DNA from: Paraspadella gotoi
Taxonomy: Eukaryota > Animalia > Chaetognatha
Length of the DNA stretch: 64,000 nt
NCBI GenBank assembly: GCA_051294375.1
Contig: CM119267.1
Coordinates: forward strand, 367,523-431,522
Direction: 5' to 3'
The notes under the pieces are model-generated. The model saw nothing but the letters and a program-made list of their open reading frames with translations, was not told where the DNA came from and did no database searches. This document shows, piece by piece, positions 41,250 through 53,684 of the stretch. The number at the start of each line of letters is the position of its first letter. Position 1 is the stretch's first letter. The translations under genes were made by a program, and so were the position numbers.

Positions 41250-41508
41250 CTGGCACGTCCAGCCCTCTAGCGGCGACGTTGGTAGCGATCAAAATGGGCG
41301 CGACGCCGGACCGGAAATCCCTCAGCGCTTCCTCCCTCTCGGGTTGACGTCGATCACCGTGGATTGAGGTAGCATTGAGTCCGAGGCTGGACAAATAAGA
41401 TGCCAGGAATTGCGTCTTGTCTTTTCTTTCGACGAAGACGATCGTCCTCTTGTCATCTTGACTCCAGAGTATCTCGGACACTCTGGACCGTTTGTCCGCC
41501 TCGTACAC
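41250..41508 (-). CDS. vas: Vasa-like helicase exon 3 (motifs IV, QxxR, V)
   Basis: VYEADKR..TIVFVERK..SIHGDRRQPERE..ILIATNVAARGLDVP; AG acceptor at 41509-10, GT donor at 41248-49. Confidence 0.9.
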
Positions 41509-41811
41509 CTTAAAAGGGGAAGATTATTTTACGTACCGCTTTTCTTAAAATAGCTTAATAAATGTTTACTATTCTAGGAAAAAAGTATACCACATAATTC
41601 ATTTAATTCAAATAAAAACTATATAAAAAATGGATAAGAATTATTATATTGGTATACCCTTCTTTGGCCATTGACTATGCGGTACTGCCTGCATTCATCT
41701 GGGATGCTTCTCATACAACAAATTGAGGAATGACAGTAAAATATTTTCCACATCTTTCACGCAATTATTTATGCCCGATGTTAATGTTGCACATCTTTCC
41801 TTTTTTTCTGA

Positions 41812-42232
41812 GAGCTATAATAGCTTTTTTGAACCAAAAAAGGTGCAAGGCTTTTTGCAATTACAAATTTTTAAAATTTTGAAAAATAATTATTCGAAAT
41901 AAAAATAAATAACTAAAATGAAAAAATAATGGAAAAATAAATAGATTTTTTTGATATTTTTCATTTAAAGAAACATATTTTTTTGCCTTTAACTTTCTAA
42001 ATGATTTGACCTAAAGCAATAAGTTATAATAGCTATAATAGCATTTTTTTGAACCAAAAAAGGTGCAAAGCCTTTAGCATTACCAAATTAAAAAAAAATT
42101 AAAAATAATATTTAATAAAAATAAATAACTAAATATTAATAATAATAGAAAAATAAATATGATTTTTTTTAAACATTTTATTTTTAAAGGAACAATATTT
42201 TTTGCCTTTAACTTCTAAACAATTTGACCTAA
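41812..42232. repeat. Two-copy ~215-bp tandem duplication in vasa intron 2
   Basis: AGCTATAATAGC..TTTGAACCAAAAAAGGTGCAA at ~41812 and ~42030; both copies end ATTTGACCTAAA. Confidence 0.7.
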
Positions 42233-42663
42233 AAAAAAGGAAGAAGTAAACTTGAAAAAAAATTTAATGTAAATTTAGAAATATTTTCAAATTTTTTTTA
42301 AATCAAACAAGTGTCGAGTAGATATTCTTTGTTAAAATTGTGATATTACTTTTTCCTAGATAGTAGGTTAAAAATTTATATCAACACCGTCGCAAGCCAT
42401 CAATATTTTAATTCCTTAAATCAATACATTTTTTTCCTTACTCATCTTTTCATTTATTCACTAGTTGTTTTAGATATTAATTTCCTTTTTAATTATTTCA
42501 TTTAATGATTCCCATATTCACTTTTTTTTACCATTCTTCATTTATTATTCCTTCACTCATTTATTCATTTGTTCTTCTATTCATTCCTTCATTTATTTCT
42601 TAATTCATTTCTACATTCATTTTTTGATTCGTTCATTCATTCATTCATTCATTCAATTCCTAC

Positions 42664-42818
42664 CTGAAGCACGTTTGTTGTACGTCCGGGTTAACCGCGC
42701 TTCTTCTGTCCGACTGTCAGGAAGGCGTATCCCGGACAGCGGGATTGGCTAATTCGCTGGCCTAATCGCTGCATCGCTTGAGGAAAAGTGGCCGAGAAGA
42801 AAAGCGTTTGCTTTGATC
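42664..42818 (-). CDS. vas: Vasa-like helicase exon 2 (motif III), with apparent compensating indels
   Basis: KQTLFFSATFPQAMQRL..YAFLTVG..(AVNPDVQQ)NVLQ; TTTCAG acceptor and GTAGG donor; an in-frame TAA arises between two offsetting 1-nt shifts. Confidence 0.8.
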
Positions 42819-43009
42819 CTGAAAGGATTAAAAGTAATGGATGGAACTATTTTCTGAAAGCACCATTACTGTTTTTAACCTTAACTTTATTCAAATCTTT
42901 TTTCTTAGAATCTAACCTAATCTTAATCCCTAATCAAATCCTTATCAAATCTCTAACCAATCCCATAACCCTAAATCTTAATCCCTAAATCCAAATCCTT
43001 TAATCCAAA

Positions 43010-43787
43010 ATCTCCTTTTCCCCTCGACATCAACCCTAATCTCTTTTCCTCTAACACTCACCCTCGACGTCAACCCTAATCTCTTTTCCTCTAACATCAC
43101 CCTCGACGTCAACCCTAATATCCTTTCCCTTTACACTCACCCTCGACATCAACCCTAATCTCCTTTCCCTAACACTCACCCTCGACGTCAACCCTAATCT
43201 CTTTTCCCTAAATCACCCGATCAATCCTAATTTCTTTTCCTCTAACACTCACCCTCGATGTCAACTAATCTTCTTTCCCTACACTCACCCTCGACATAAC
43301 CCTAATCTCCTTTCCCCTAACACTCCACCTCGACATCAACCCTAATTTCCTTCCCTAACACTCACCTCGACATCAACCCTAATCTCCTTTCCCCTACACT
43401 CACCCTTAGATGTCAACCCTAATCTCCTTCCCCTAAACACTCACCCTCGACGTCAACCTAATTCCATTCCCCTAACACTCACCCTCGACATTCAACCCTA
43501 ATCTCCTTTCCCTACACTCACCCTTCGATCAACCCTAATCTCCTTTCCCCTAACACTCACCCTCTGATGTCAACCCTAATCTTCCTTTCCCCTAACACTC
43601 ACCCTCGATTGTCAAAACCCTATCTCTTTCTCCTAACACTCCACCCTCGAGGTCAACCCTAATCTCCTTTCCCTAACACTCACCTCGATGTCAACCTTAA
43701 TATCTCCTTTCCCCTTACAACTCACCCTCGATGTCAACCCTAATCTCCTTTCCCCTAACACTCACCCTCGATGTCAACCCTAATCTC
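43010..43787. repeat. 40-bp minisatellite (~19 copies) spanning the vasa exon 1 / intron 1 boundary
   Basis: Unit CTCACCCTCGATGTCAACCCTAATCTCCTTTCCCCTAACA; the last unit overlaps coding sequence RLGLTSR. Confidence 0.95.
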
Positions 43788-45520
43788 TGAATCGCGTCGA
43801 TTGCCTCCTTAAACCCGAGATCGAGCATCCGGTCCGCCTCGTCGAGGACGAACCACTCGACGCGGCTCAGGTCCACGATGCCTCGATGAAGATAGTCAAG
43901 AAGACGACCCGGCGTCGCCACGAGCACGTCCACGCCTCGGAGGTTGAAAGAGGCGCCGGTGCCGCCGTAGCAGACGCCGAGTCGAGCGTCGACGCCGGCG
44001 GCGAAATCTTTGAATTGGCTGTGAATCTGCAACGCCAATTCGCGGGTCGGGCAGAGGACGAGAGCCGAAGGGGCGGCCACGTCCGGATCGGGACTTCCTT
44101 TCTCTTTGTTCCGTTGGGCTCGGGGCGCCCGCTCGGCGAGTCGCGATAAAATGGGCAAAACAAAGGCGAGCGTTTTGCCGTATCCAGTGAGCGCGCAGGT
44201 CATGAGATCGCGCCCCGCCAGGATCACTGGCACCGCGTAGCGCTGGACCGGCGTCGGCGCCTCGTGAACGACGAGGAGGTTGGCGAGGACTCGAGGGTGC
44301 AGACCCATGGAGTTAAAATCCTCGGCGCCGTCTCGAAACTCCTTAGTTTTTGGTCCCGTGAGTTCGTGTGAGGCGTCGTTCATGTGAGCCAAATCGGCAT
44401 GAGAACGGGCGCCCCCGCCGCCACCGCCACCGCCATCGCCGCCACCGCCACCACCCCGGCCCCCACCGTAGCCTCCACCGCCGCCGCCGCAGTCCCGCGC
44501 GAAGTGACCGTTTTCTCCGCAACGAAAACAAGCAAGAGCGGGACATTCGCGTCGCAGATGGCCGAGTTCGTTGCAACGATAACAACGGCGATCGGGACAA
44601 TCTCGAACGAGGTGGTCCACGGCGCCACAAGCATGGCACGTTGTCACCGCGCCGACCCGGTCATCCTCGTCGTCTCGACGACCGATACGATTCCATTCTT
44701 TCCCGTTAGAGACAGAGAGGAATGGCCATCTGGGTTTTGGCCCGACGTGCTGATCGAGAGAAGAGAGAGAACCCGGTTGAGGAGGATCTCCCGAGCCGCT
44801 CCGGCCGTCTCCGGCACCGACGACGCTTTCCGGAGGAGAGGCTCGAGGGATGAGAGCCCCGCGTCCGAGATGATTTGATCTGCGGGGAGAGAGGAAGGCG
44901 GGAATCCGGCGATGAGAGAGAGCGAGGAATGGCGGGCGGATTGTCGGGCGGATTGTCGGGCAGATTGTTGACAGGCGACGAAAGCGCCTGAGTTCGAAGG
45001 GCGGGTAGTTGGGGCGACGGGGAGGTCGGTCATTGGCGCGGCGGATTGGCGGGCGGATTGGCGGGCGGATTATCTCCGAGGGATGGAGTAGAAAAAGCGA
45101 GGAGGGGGCGGGAGGGAGTGGGCGTTGACGGTTGTTGTTGTTGTTGTTGTCGTTGAACTTATGAGAGCCTGTCCTATAGCTGCTGCTGTGATTGGAGTTT
45201 TTGCTGTTGTTGTCGTCGCTGTTGTTGTTGTTGTTTCTGCAGAATGACGTTATCCCTTCATCCGGGTCGCCACCGTTCGCGTCAGCATGCCACGCCCACC
45301 CGTGAGCGCCGACGTCTCTGTCGACGTCACGTCCTCGACCGCGAGAAAGGACGCCGCCGTTTGTGACGACGCCGGGACGAACTGGCGCTGGTTGATGTCG
45401 ACTCTCAACGCCGTTTTCGATCGGCGCCATTAGAGGTCGCGCGTTCGAGGCGGCGCCGCCGGGAATAAGAGGCGCGTCCGATTCGGCGCGGATTCCTCGT
45501 CCGGCGCCAGAGCGAAACAT
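43766..45520 (-). CDS. vas: Vasa/DDX4-like DEAD-box RNA helicase exon 1 (3 CCHC knuckles, Q motif to motif II)
   Basis: CHAC..H..C, CYRC..H..C, CFRC..H..C; Gly-rich tract; PTPVQ, TGYGKT, PTRELA, GG, TPGRL, LDEADRMLDLGF; donor AGG|GTGAGT at 43765 (or 43725). CCHC knuckles favour Vasa over PL10/DDX3. Confidence 0.9.
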
Positions 45521-46336
45521 GTTTTTTGTTTGTTTTGTTTTTTTCTTTTTTCTTTCTTATTTTATGTTTAAGTTGTTTATGTTTATGTTAAAGTTCTTAC
45601 GAGTTTACGTTCACGTTACTATTTATTTGTTTTCACTACTTTATTTACTTTTTAAATTATAAATTTAAGAGAAAAAAAAAGTTTTGTTTTATTTCGAGGC
45701 GAAACACAAAAATCGAAGGCTAAAAAAAATGAGACAAACTTGGTAAAATTCGTGAATCGCGAATGTGAGAGGATAAAAGATCAAAGGACTGGATTCAAGT
45801 TGACGTCGAAGGGGAAAAAAAAGAAAGGAAAAGAAAGGAAATTACAGTAAAGAGAAGTGAAGCCCAATCGATTGAGATAAACAATCAGCGGCGAAAGCAA
45901 AGAATTTTGATGCCCCGTTTGGACGACCAGTCTACCTCATTTGTTTTGTTGTCTCTTTTTCTTTTCAGAAAAAAAAAAAAGATTTGTTTAGGTTTTCGTC
46001 GTCGTCGTCGTCGTCGTCGTTTGAATCCCGAACTTTGTCGTTATCGTCTCTTCGTTATCGTCCATTCGTTATTTCATATATTTAATTAATATAATTTTCA
46101 TTAATCGCAAACTTTATTAAAAACTTAAGTTGGATCAACTTTAATGCGCGATTTGCTATAGTTATTTCCTAAAATGAATCCTCAGCCTTCTGACTTGGAG
46201 CCAATGAGTTTTTTATCAGCCAATCAGCGAAGACTATTGAGAAATCCTCTTCCTCTTCCTCCTACGCTTTGATTTCTATGGCCTTGTCCTCCTCCCAAAG
46301 ATTTAAAAGCAACCAAATTTTGTGTTTTTTTTTAAT

Positions 46337-46468
46337 TTTTAAATCTTTATGTGCAATAATCGTTTTATGTTAAATTGTTATTGTTTTATATTTTATAGTT
46401 GTGTAGTTATATAGTTATATAGTTCTGTAATGACTACAACAACAACTTTCTGGTAATAACAAGACATA

Positions 46469-46517
<49 letters not shown>

Positions 46518-47955
46518 ATCCCCCTTCACCCTATGTGAGTCCATCCTAAACCGTCAAACCGTCAAACTGACTCAAAGCTGCTGCGAGTCTCGCCGACATT
46601 TATCCCGTCCGCCTCCTCCTCCGCCTCCTCTTTCTCTTCTTCTTCTTCCCGCAGCCCAGCCTTTGCTCGCAGCAGAGCCGCGCCCCGATCTTGACACAGC
46701 TGTTAAGCAGCGGCATAAAATCCGGAGCGGGATTAAATCCGCTGCAGCACAAACCGCGCGTCGACGCAGCTGGAAATCCTCTTCAGTTCAGTACTTGAGC
46801 CTTTTCCCTCACCCCCCCCCACCCGCGTGGGCCTCCGACCCGGCTTCCCAGGATCGGGTCGAAGCCGGTCCGGCACACGAAGCCGGCCTGACACGCCGGG
46901 TACTTTTTTTGGCCTCTGCGAAACCACGAGGCGAGAAGGGAGAACGAAAGGGGAAAGAATTAAAATTTTGGACTTTTGGCTCTCTTATTCGAGAGAGCCC
47001 CATTTCTGTTTTACTTTAAAATTTAATTTTTATTTTAATATTTAATATAAACATATTTTTAAACCTATAAACTGATCCCAAACCCTAATTCCTAATCGAG
47101 GATTAGTAATCTTAATCCTAAGCCTAATCCTAAATCTTAATCTTAAACCCTTATTCCTAGTTTTTAACCCTAAACGGGTCGTTCTGGGAAAATAGGACGT
47201 TGCGTATCTTATTCGTGAGGCAAGTTTAAGTTCAATTTTTTTTTTCTGAAATAATTGCGGTTGCATGAAGATCTTATGTTAACAATAAACGTGAACAAAA
47301 AAGGTAAATAAAAAAGAGATCAGTGGACAAAGTCAAGCAACTCCGTCCACATGAGACGGCAGCTCAATCACGGGATTCCAACTATAAGTGAAACAAAACA
47401 GATAGCCTCGACTCCAAACCCCTTTTTCCCCTCGATCGCGAAACAGGGAAACTTGAGATCAAGATATCAATTCCTAAGCCGTCTCTCCCTACGGCAACGC
47501 TCGCATTGGCCACCACGAACTCCGAGGGGCAGAACGATTAGTGGTGCTGCACAGTGCACAGTGACCTATTGACCAATTCCACTCACTTGACTCACCTGGT
47601 TTAGTAGTGGGTAGAGACCAAGCGTGTCCTTGAGTACACGACACACGACCCATAACTAACCCAACACCCAAACCTAATTTATAGAATAAATTAAAATTAT
47701 AACATGACTTAATTCGTGGCGATATAATAGAAATGTTTAATGATTGATTATTCATTACTGGTGTTTATGTATAAAAGCAAAGTTCAGAACGTTTATGTCA
47801 GCGAAAGTCGGGCTTACAAGGAGAAAGATAAAGAATGGAGACTGGGTGAGAGAGAGAGAGAGAGAGAGAGAGTGAGACAGAGACAGATAAGAGGAGAATG
47901 CAATCAACCATGAATTGTTACAGTGAGAAGAATTCCCGGCCTTTCTGCAATGGGG

Positions 47956-47990
<35 letters not shown>

Positions 47991-49091
47991 CATTGAGAGT
48001 ACTTGTGAAAATTAAAGGAGTCCCTTTCACATGTTCTCTGTTTAGAGACGATCTTCGGTTGTGAGTTTTGGTGAAAAAGACTTAAGTAGATTAAGGATGA
48101 ATTCAAGCGAGATACAAATTTTGTGAGTCGCCTTCCGAACTCAGTTTATTAGGAATTGTATCACCGTAACGCTCGATATTTGCTGCTGACAAGTATCACA
48201 AATTTAACAAATTTCAGTCGTTATTTTTTTTTTTTTTTTTGAAGTCTGAAGAAAAAACAAAACAAAGAGAAAATAAAAAATCAATGTAAACAAACAAAAA
48301 ACAAAACTGCCGGTAAAAATATTATTATTTAATCGGTGTCGGTCAAAAAGTCTCTTCGTATGAAAAAAGTTTTCTGTTGTTGTGATTATTAATCTCAGTA
48401 TTGATCTCATTTTAATCTTATTTTTAATCTCAATTTTAATCTCACTTTTAATCTCATTTAAATTTTGATATTTCGTGAAGAGGACAGCAAATCGCAAGTT
48501 ATTCTTTAATCTTTAAACTTTCTATTTCTCAGCGTTATTATATAAATGTAAACCGATTTAGTTAACTATTAATAATTATTTATAAAAGTAAATATAAATT
48601 CAGAAAAAAATTCTTTAGAAAAATAAATATTCAGGTGGATTAACTTAGAAATAGTTTCGGAGCAGAAACTCGAGAAAGATTTTTTTTTCAGGAGAATAAG
48701 AAAAGAAATTTTTTATCATTAATCATTAATTATATTCAAGCGGCGAAAATTCTTAAATCTCTGCCAACTTGATATCACAAGAAAATAATAAAACCAAACG
48801 AACAAATCCATCAGCGCCAAAAAATTAATCACCTTCTGGCCTTGTTATCGTCATAGATTTATTATTATATTTGCCTAATATACCGCAGTACTACGCGAGG
48901 CTAAGACGATTATTTTTAAACACGATTCTTCACATTTCATTCGTTTTCCACGATCACGACTGACCAACATTCGAAGAACAAAACTGTGAGTCGTCGTCGT
49001 CGTCGTCGAAAACCAAACGTGAAAAAGCAAAGGAGTTTTGAAAACCAGGCAGAGGCCTTTCTCTTTCACCGTGATAATCGTAAAAGGTAAT

Positions 49092-49126
<35 letters not shown>

Positions 49127-50650
49127 ATCTCTCTCCTCTGTAAAAGGGAAAGGTTCAGGTGAGCGAAAGCGAAAGAAAAATGGCTTCTGACGTTAAAAGG
49201 GAAGAAAGGGAAGACAACGACAACAACAACAACAACTAGAAAAACAATAGACTCGACCGTCACGCAGTGCTTTACACCTTGACGTCATAACATAGTGGCA
49301 AAAGAAAGGACGGACCAATCACCCGACACCAACACATGAAACAACCAACATAGACAAAATCAATAGGTACTCGAACCTGTCACTGACTCGCCAAGACTGC
49401 TAGAGTTTCAAAAAAATAATTAGTTTTAAAGAAAGAGACAGTGCAGCGTAGAGCGAGGAGAGTAGAGAGAGAGACAAGACGAGACGAGAGCACGAGAGAC
49501 GAGACGAGAGGAGAGNNNNNNNNNNNNNNNNNNNNNNNNNGAGAGAGAGAGAGAGAGAGCGTCAAACGACCCACGAAAAAGTAAATAAACATTTTCTTGA
49601 TTAAAATTCGAAAATTAAGTTGGTAAGAAAATCGCGACTAAAAAAAATAGCGAATTAATTAAACAAAAAAACTATCTCTCTCTCTCTCTCTCTCTTACCA
49701 TGACCAATTGTTATTTTCTCACGCCACATCTTTCACAATCGTCCTCCTTCAATCAAGAAACTGGTGAAGTCACCACAACAACGACAACAACAACGACGAC
49801 AACGCTTAACGCGTGAATGGATTCACGAGTTGTGAAGATGAAATGGATTCACAGCGTGACCTTGAGATGCGATTGGTCACTTCGTCACTCACCCTAAATA
49901 CGAAAGGAATTCGGTCACGTGACTGTCTACGAATCCCTTATCCTGGAGTCTCGACTCTCCGCCGCAGCCGCAGGAAAGCAGCGGCAGAAATGCTGCAGCC
50001 ATTTCCTGCCAACTCTCGTAAACATTAGAAACGAAATTGATACAATACAATATAAAATTATCCATTCAGTTAATATATTAGCTATCAGGCCCCTGACTTT
50101 GGACAGGCTTTCTTGGTTTAAGACCTCCATCACAGTTACATAGCAGTTCCTTGCAAACTTCCAATCAAGACTCTCTCTCTGTCTCGTTTATTTACTCCCA
50201 AAGTACCTGGTTTCCCTATCAATGAAGTAGGATGTTTATTTTTTTTAATAACCCGTTTATATAGTTGTGAAATATATTTCGTCTCATGTAGCGCTTTCCC
50301 TTTTTTGTTCAATATTTTTACGGCCATTTTTACCCTTAATATCCGAGTGAATTTGAGTTAATTTCAGTCGTACTTATTATAAAGTACGAGAGTTTCCGAG
50401 GGATCTCTATAAAGAATTAAAACGTTTTAACCTTTACTATACGACTTTTCCTTGGCGACTCACGTTGAGACGATTCGTTACGGGCGAAACATCAGACGCT
50501 CGTCCGCGCTCGCATGAGAATAAGCGACAATTCTCACTGGATAAACGATTCCTCGCTTCGCGATACGACGTCTACGAAACAATTTAATCCTATGCTTAAC
50601 AACTTCTCGTAATTAACGAACAAACGAACGAACAAACGAACGAACGAACG
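46337..50650. repeat. ~4.3-kb tandem segmental duplication, copy 1
   Basis: Colinear with 50661-54830 from TTTTAAAT..CAATAATCGTTTTATG to the (AACG)n tract. Confidence 0.95.
50056..50235 (-). mobile_element. Family C repeat with twister-like core (50083-50140)
   Basis: Minus strand GATGG-AGGTCT-TAA-ACC..AAAG-CCTG-TCCAAAGT-CAGG; T2 and P5 are damaged. Confidence 0.7.
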
Positions 50651-50660
50651 AAGAGAGAGA

Positions 50661-53611
50661 TTTTAAATGCTTTATAATGTCAATAATCGTTTTATGTTAA
50701 AATTGGTTATTGTTTTATATTTATAGTTTTGTGTAGTTATATTAGTTATATTAGTCTGTAATTGACTACAAAACAACTTTCTGGTTAATAACAAGACATG
50801 ACTCTCTCTCTTTCATCTCTCTCTCTCTCTCTCTCTCATCCCCTTCACCCTATGTGAGTCCATCCTAAAACCGTCAAAACCGTCAACTGACTCAAAGCTG
50901 TGCGAGTTCTCGCCGACATTTATCCCGCGCCTCCTCCTCCGCCTCCTCTTTCTCTTCTCTTCTTCCGCAGCCCAGCCTTTGCTCGCAGCAGAGCCGCGCC
51001 CCGATCTTGACACAGCTGTTAAGCAGCGGCATAAAATCCGGAGCGGGGATTAAATCCGCTGCAGCACAAACCGCGCGTCGACGCAGCTGGAAATCCTCTT
51101 CAGTTCAGTACTTGAGCCTTTTCCCTCACCCCCCCCCACCCGCGTGGGCCTCCGACCGGCTTCCCAGGATCGGGTCGAAGCCGGTCCGGCACAGCGGAAG
51201 CCGGCGTGACACGCCGGGTATACTTTTTTTGGCTCTGCGAAAACCACGAGGCGAGAAGGGAGAACGAAAGGGGAAAGAATTAAAAATTTTGGACTTTTGG
51301 CTCTCTTATTCGAGAGAGCCCATTTCTGTTTTTACTTTAAAATTTAATTTTTTTTAATATTTAATATAAACATATTTTTAAACCTATAAACTGATCCCAA
51401 ACCTTAATTCCTAATCGAGGATTATTAACTTAATCCTAAGCCTAATCCTAAAACTTAATCTTAAACCCTTATTCCTAGTTTTTAACCCTAAACGGGTCGT
51501 TCTGGAAAATAGGACGTTGCGTATTATTCGTGAAGGCAAGTTTAAGGTTCAATTTTTTTTTTCTGAAATAAATTGCGGTATGCTTGAAGAATCTTATGTT
51601 AAATAAACGGTGAACAAAAAAAGGTAAATAAAAAAGAATGCAAGTGGACACAAGTCAAGCAACTCCGTCAATGAGACGCGCAAGCTCAATCATTGGGAAT
51701 TTCAACTATAGTAAACAAAACAGAATAGCCTCGACTCCAAACCCCTTTTTCCCCTCGATCGGAATCAGGGAAACTTGAGATCAAGATATCAATTCCTTAG
51801 CCGTCTCTCCCTACGGCAACGCTCGGCATTGGCCACCACGAACTCCGAGGGGCAGAACGATTAGTGGTGCTGCACAGTGCACAGTGACCTAATTGACCAA
51901 TTCCACTCACTTGACTCACCCTGGTTTAGTAGTGGGTAGAGACCAAGCGGTGTCCTTGAGTACACGACACACGACCCATAACTAACCATCACCCAAACCT
52001 AATTATAGTAATAAAATTAAGATTATACATTGACTTAAATTCGTGGGCGATATTAATAAAATGTTTAATGATTGATTATTCATTACTGGTGTTTATGTAT
52101 AAAGCAAGTTCAGAACGTTTATGTCAGCGAAAGTCGGCTTACAAGGGAGAAGATAAAGAATGGAGACTGGGTGAAGAGAGAGAGAGAGAGAGAGAGGAGA
52201 GAGTGAGACAGAGACAGATAAGAGGAGAATGCAATCACCATGAATTGTTACAGTGAGAAGAATTCCCGGCCTTTCTGCAATGGGGAAAGAAAGAAAGAAA
52301 GAAAGAAGAGAGAGAGAGACATTGAGAGTACTTGTGAAAATTAAAGGAGTCCCTTTCCACATGTTCTCTGTTTAGAGACGATCTTCGGTTTGTGAGTTTT
52401 GGTGAAAAAGACTTAAGTAGATTAAGGATGAATTCAAGCGAGATACAAATTTTGTGAGTCGCCTTCCGAACTCAGTTTATTAGGAATTGTATCACCGTAA
52501 CGCTCGATAATTTGCTGCTGACAAGTATCACAATTTACAAAATTTCAGTCGTTATTTTTTTTTTTTTTTTTGAAGTCTGAAAGAAAAAAGAAAAAAGAGA
52601 AAATAAAAAATCAATGTAAACCAAACAAAAAACAAAACTGCGGTAAAAATATTATTATTAATTCGGTGTCGTCAAAAAGTCTCTTCGTATGAAAAAAGTT
52701 TTCTGTTGTTGTGATTATTAATCTCAGTATTGATCTCATTTTAATCTTATTTTTTAATCTCAATTTTAATCTCACTTTTAAATCTTCAATTTAAATTTGA
52801 TATTTCGTGAAGAGGACAGCAAATGCAAGTTATTCTTTAATCTTTAAACTTTCTATTTCTCAGCGTTTATTATTATAAGTGTAAACCGATTTAGTAACTA
52901 TTAATAATTATTTATAAAGTAAATATAAATCAGAAAAAAATTCTTTAGAAAAATAAATATTCAGGTGGAGTTAACTTGAGAAATAGTTTTCGGAGCAGAA
53001 ACTCGAGAAAGATTTTTTTTTTCAGGAGAATAAGAAAAGAAATTTTTTTAATCATTAATGCATTAATTATAATTCAAGCGGCGAAAATTTTTAATGCTCT
53101 GCCAAACTTGATATCACAAGAAAATAATAACCAAACGAACAAATCCATCAGCGCCAAAAAATTAATCACTTCTGGCCTGTTATCGGTCATACATTTTTAT
53201 TATATTTGCCTAATATACGCGCAGTACTACGCGAGGCTAAGGACGATTATTTTTAACAACGATTCTTACATTTCATTTTTTCACGATCACGAAACATTCA
53301 GAACAAAACTGTGAGTCGTCGTCGTCGTCGGGAAAACCAAACGTGAAAAAGCAAAGGAGTTTTGAAAACCAGGCAGAGGCCTTTCTCTTCAACCGTGATA
53401 ATCGTAAAAGGTAATTTTCTCTCTCTCTCTCTCCTCTTCTCTCTCTCTCTCTCGGTAAAAGGGAAAGGTTCAGGTGAGCGAAACGAAAAGAAAATGGCTT
53501 CTGACGTTAAAAGGGAAGAAAGGGAAGACAACGACAACAACAACAACAACTAGAAAAACAATAGACTCGACCGTCACGACTCGCAACTGATTGCAAAAAA
53601 ATATTGTTTTA

Positions 53612-53684
<73 letters not shown>

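Noticed and set aside
42664-42818. Vasa as a pseudogene because of the in-frame TAA in exon 2
   Set aside because: The stop lies between offsetting 1-nt indels in an error-prone region, and all helicase motifs are present; more likely assembly error.
46852-46870. GGTCGAAGCCGG as another twister L4
   Set aside because: No matching GA-NNN/UAA strands or T1 partner.
47165-47175. TAACCCTAA as telomerase RNA template
   Set aside because: Part of a degenerate TAACCC/TAATCC tract also seen at 24700-24790 and 42910-43000.
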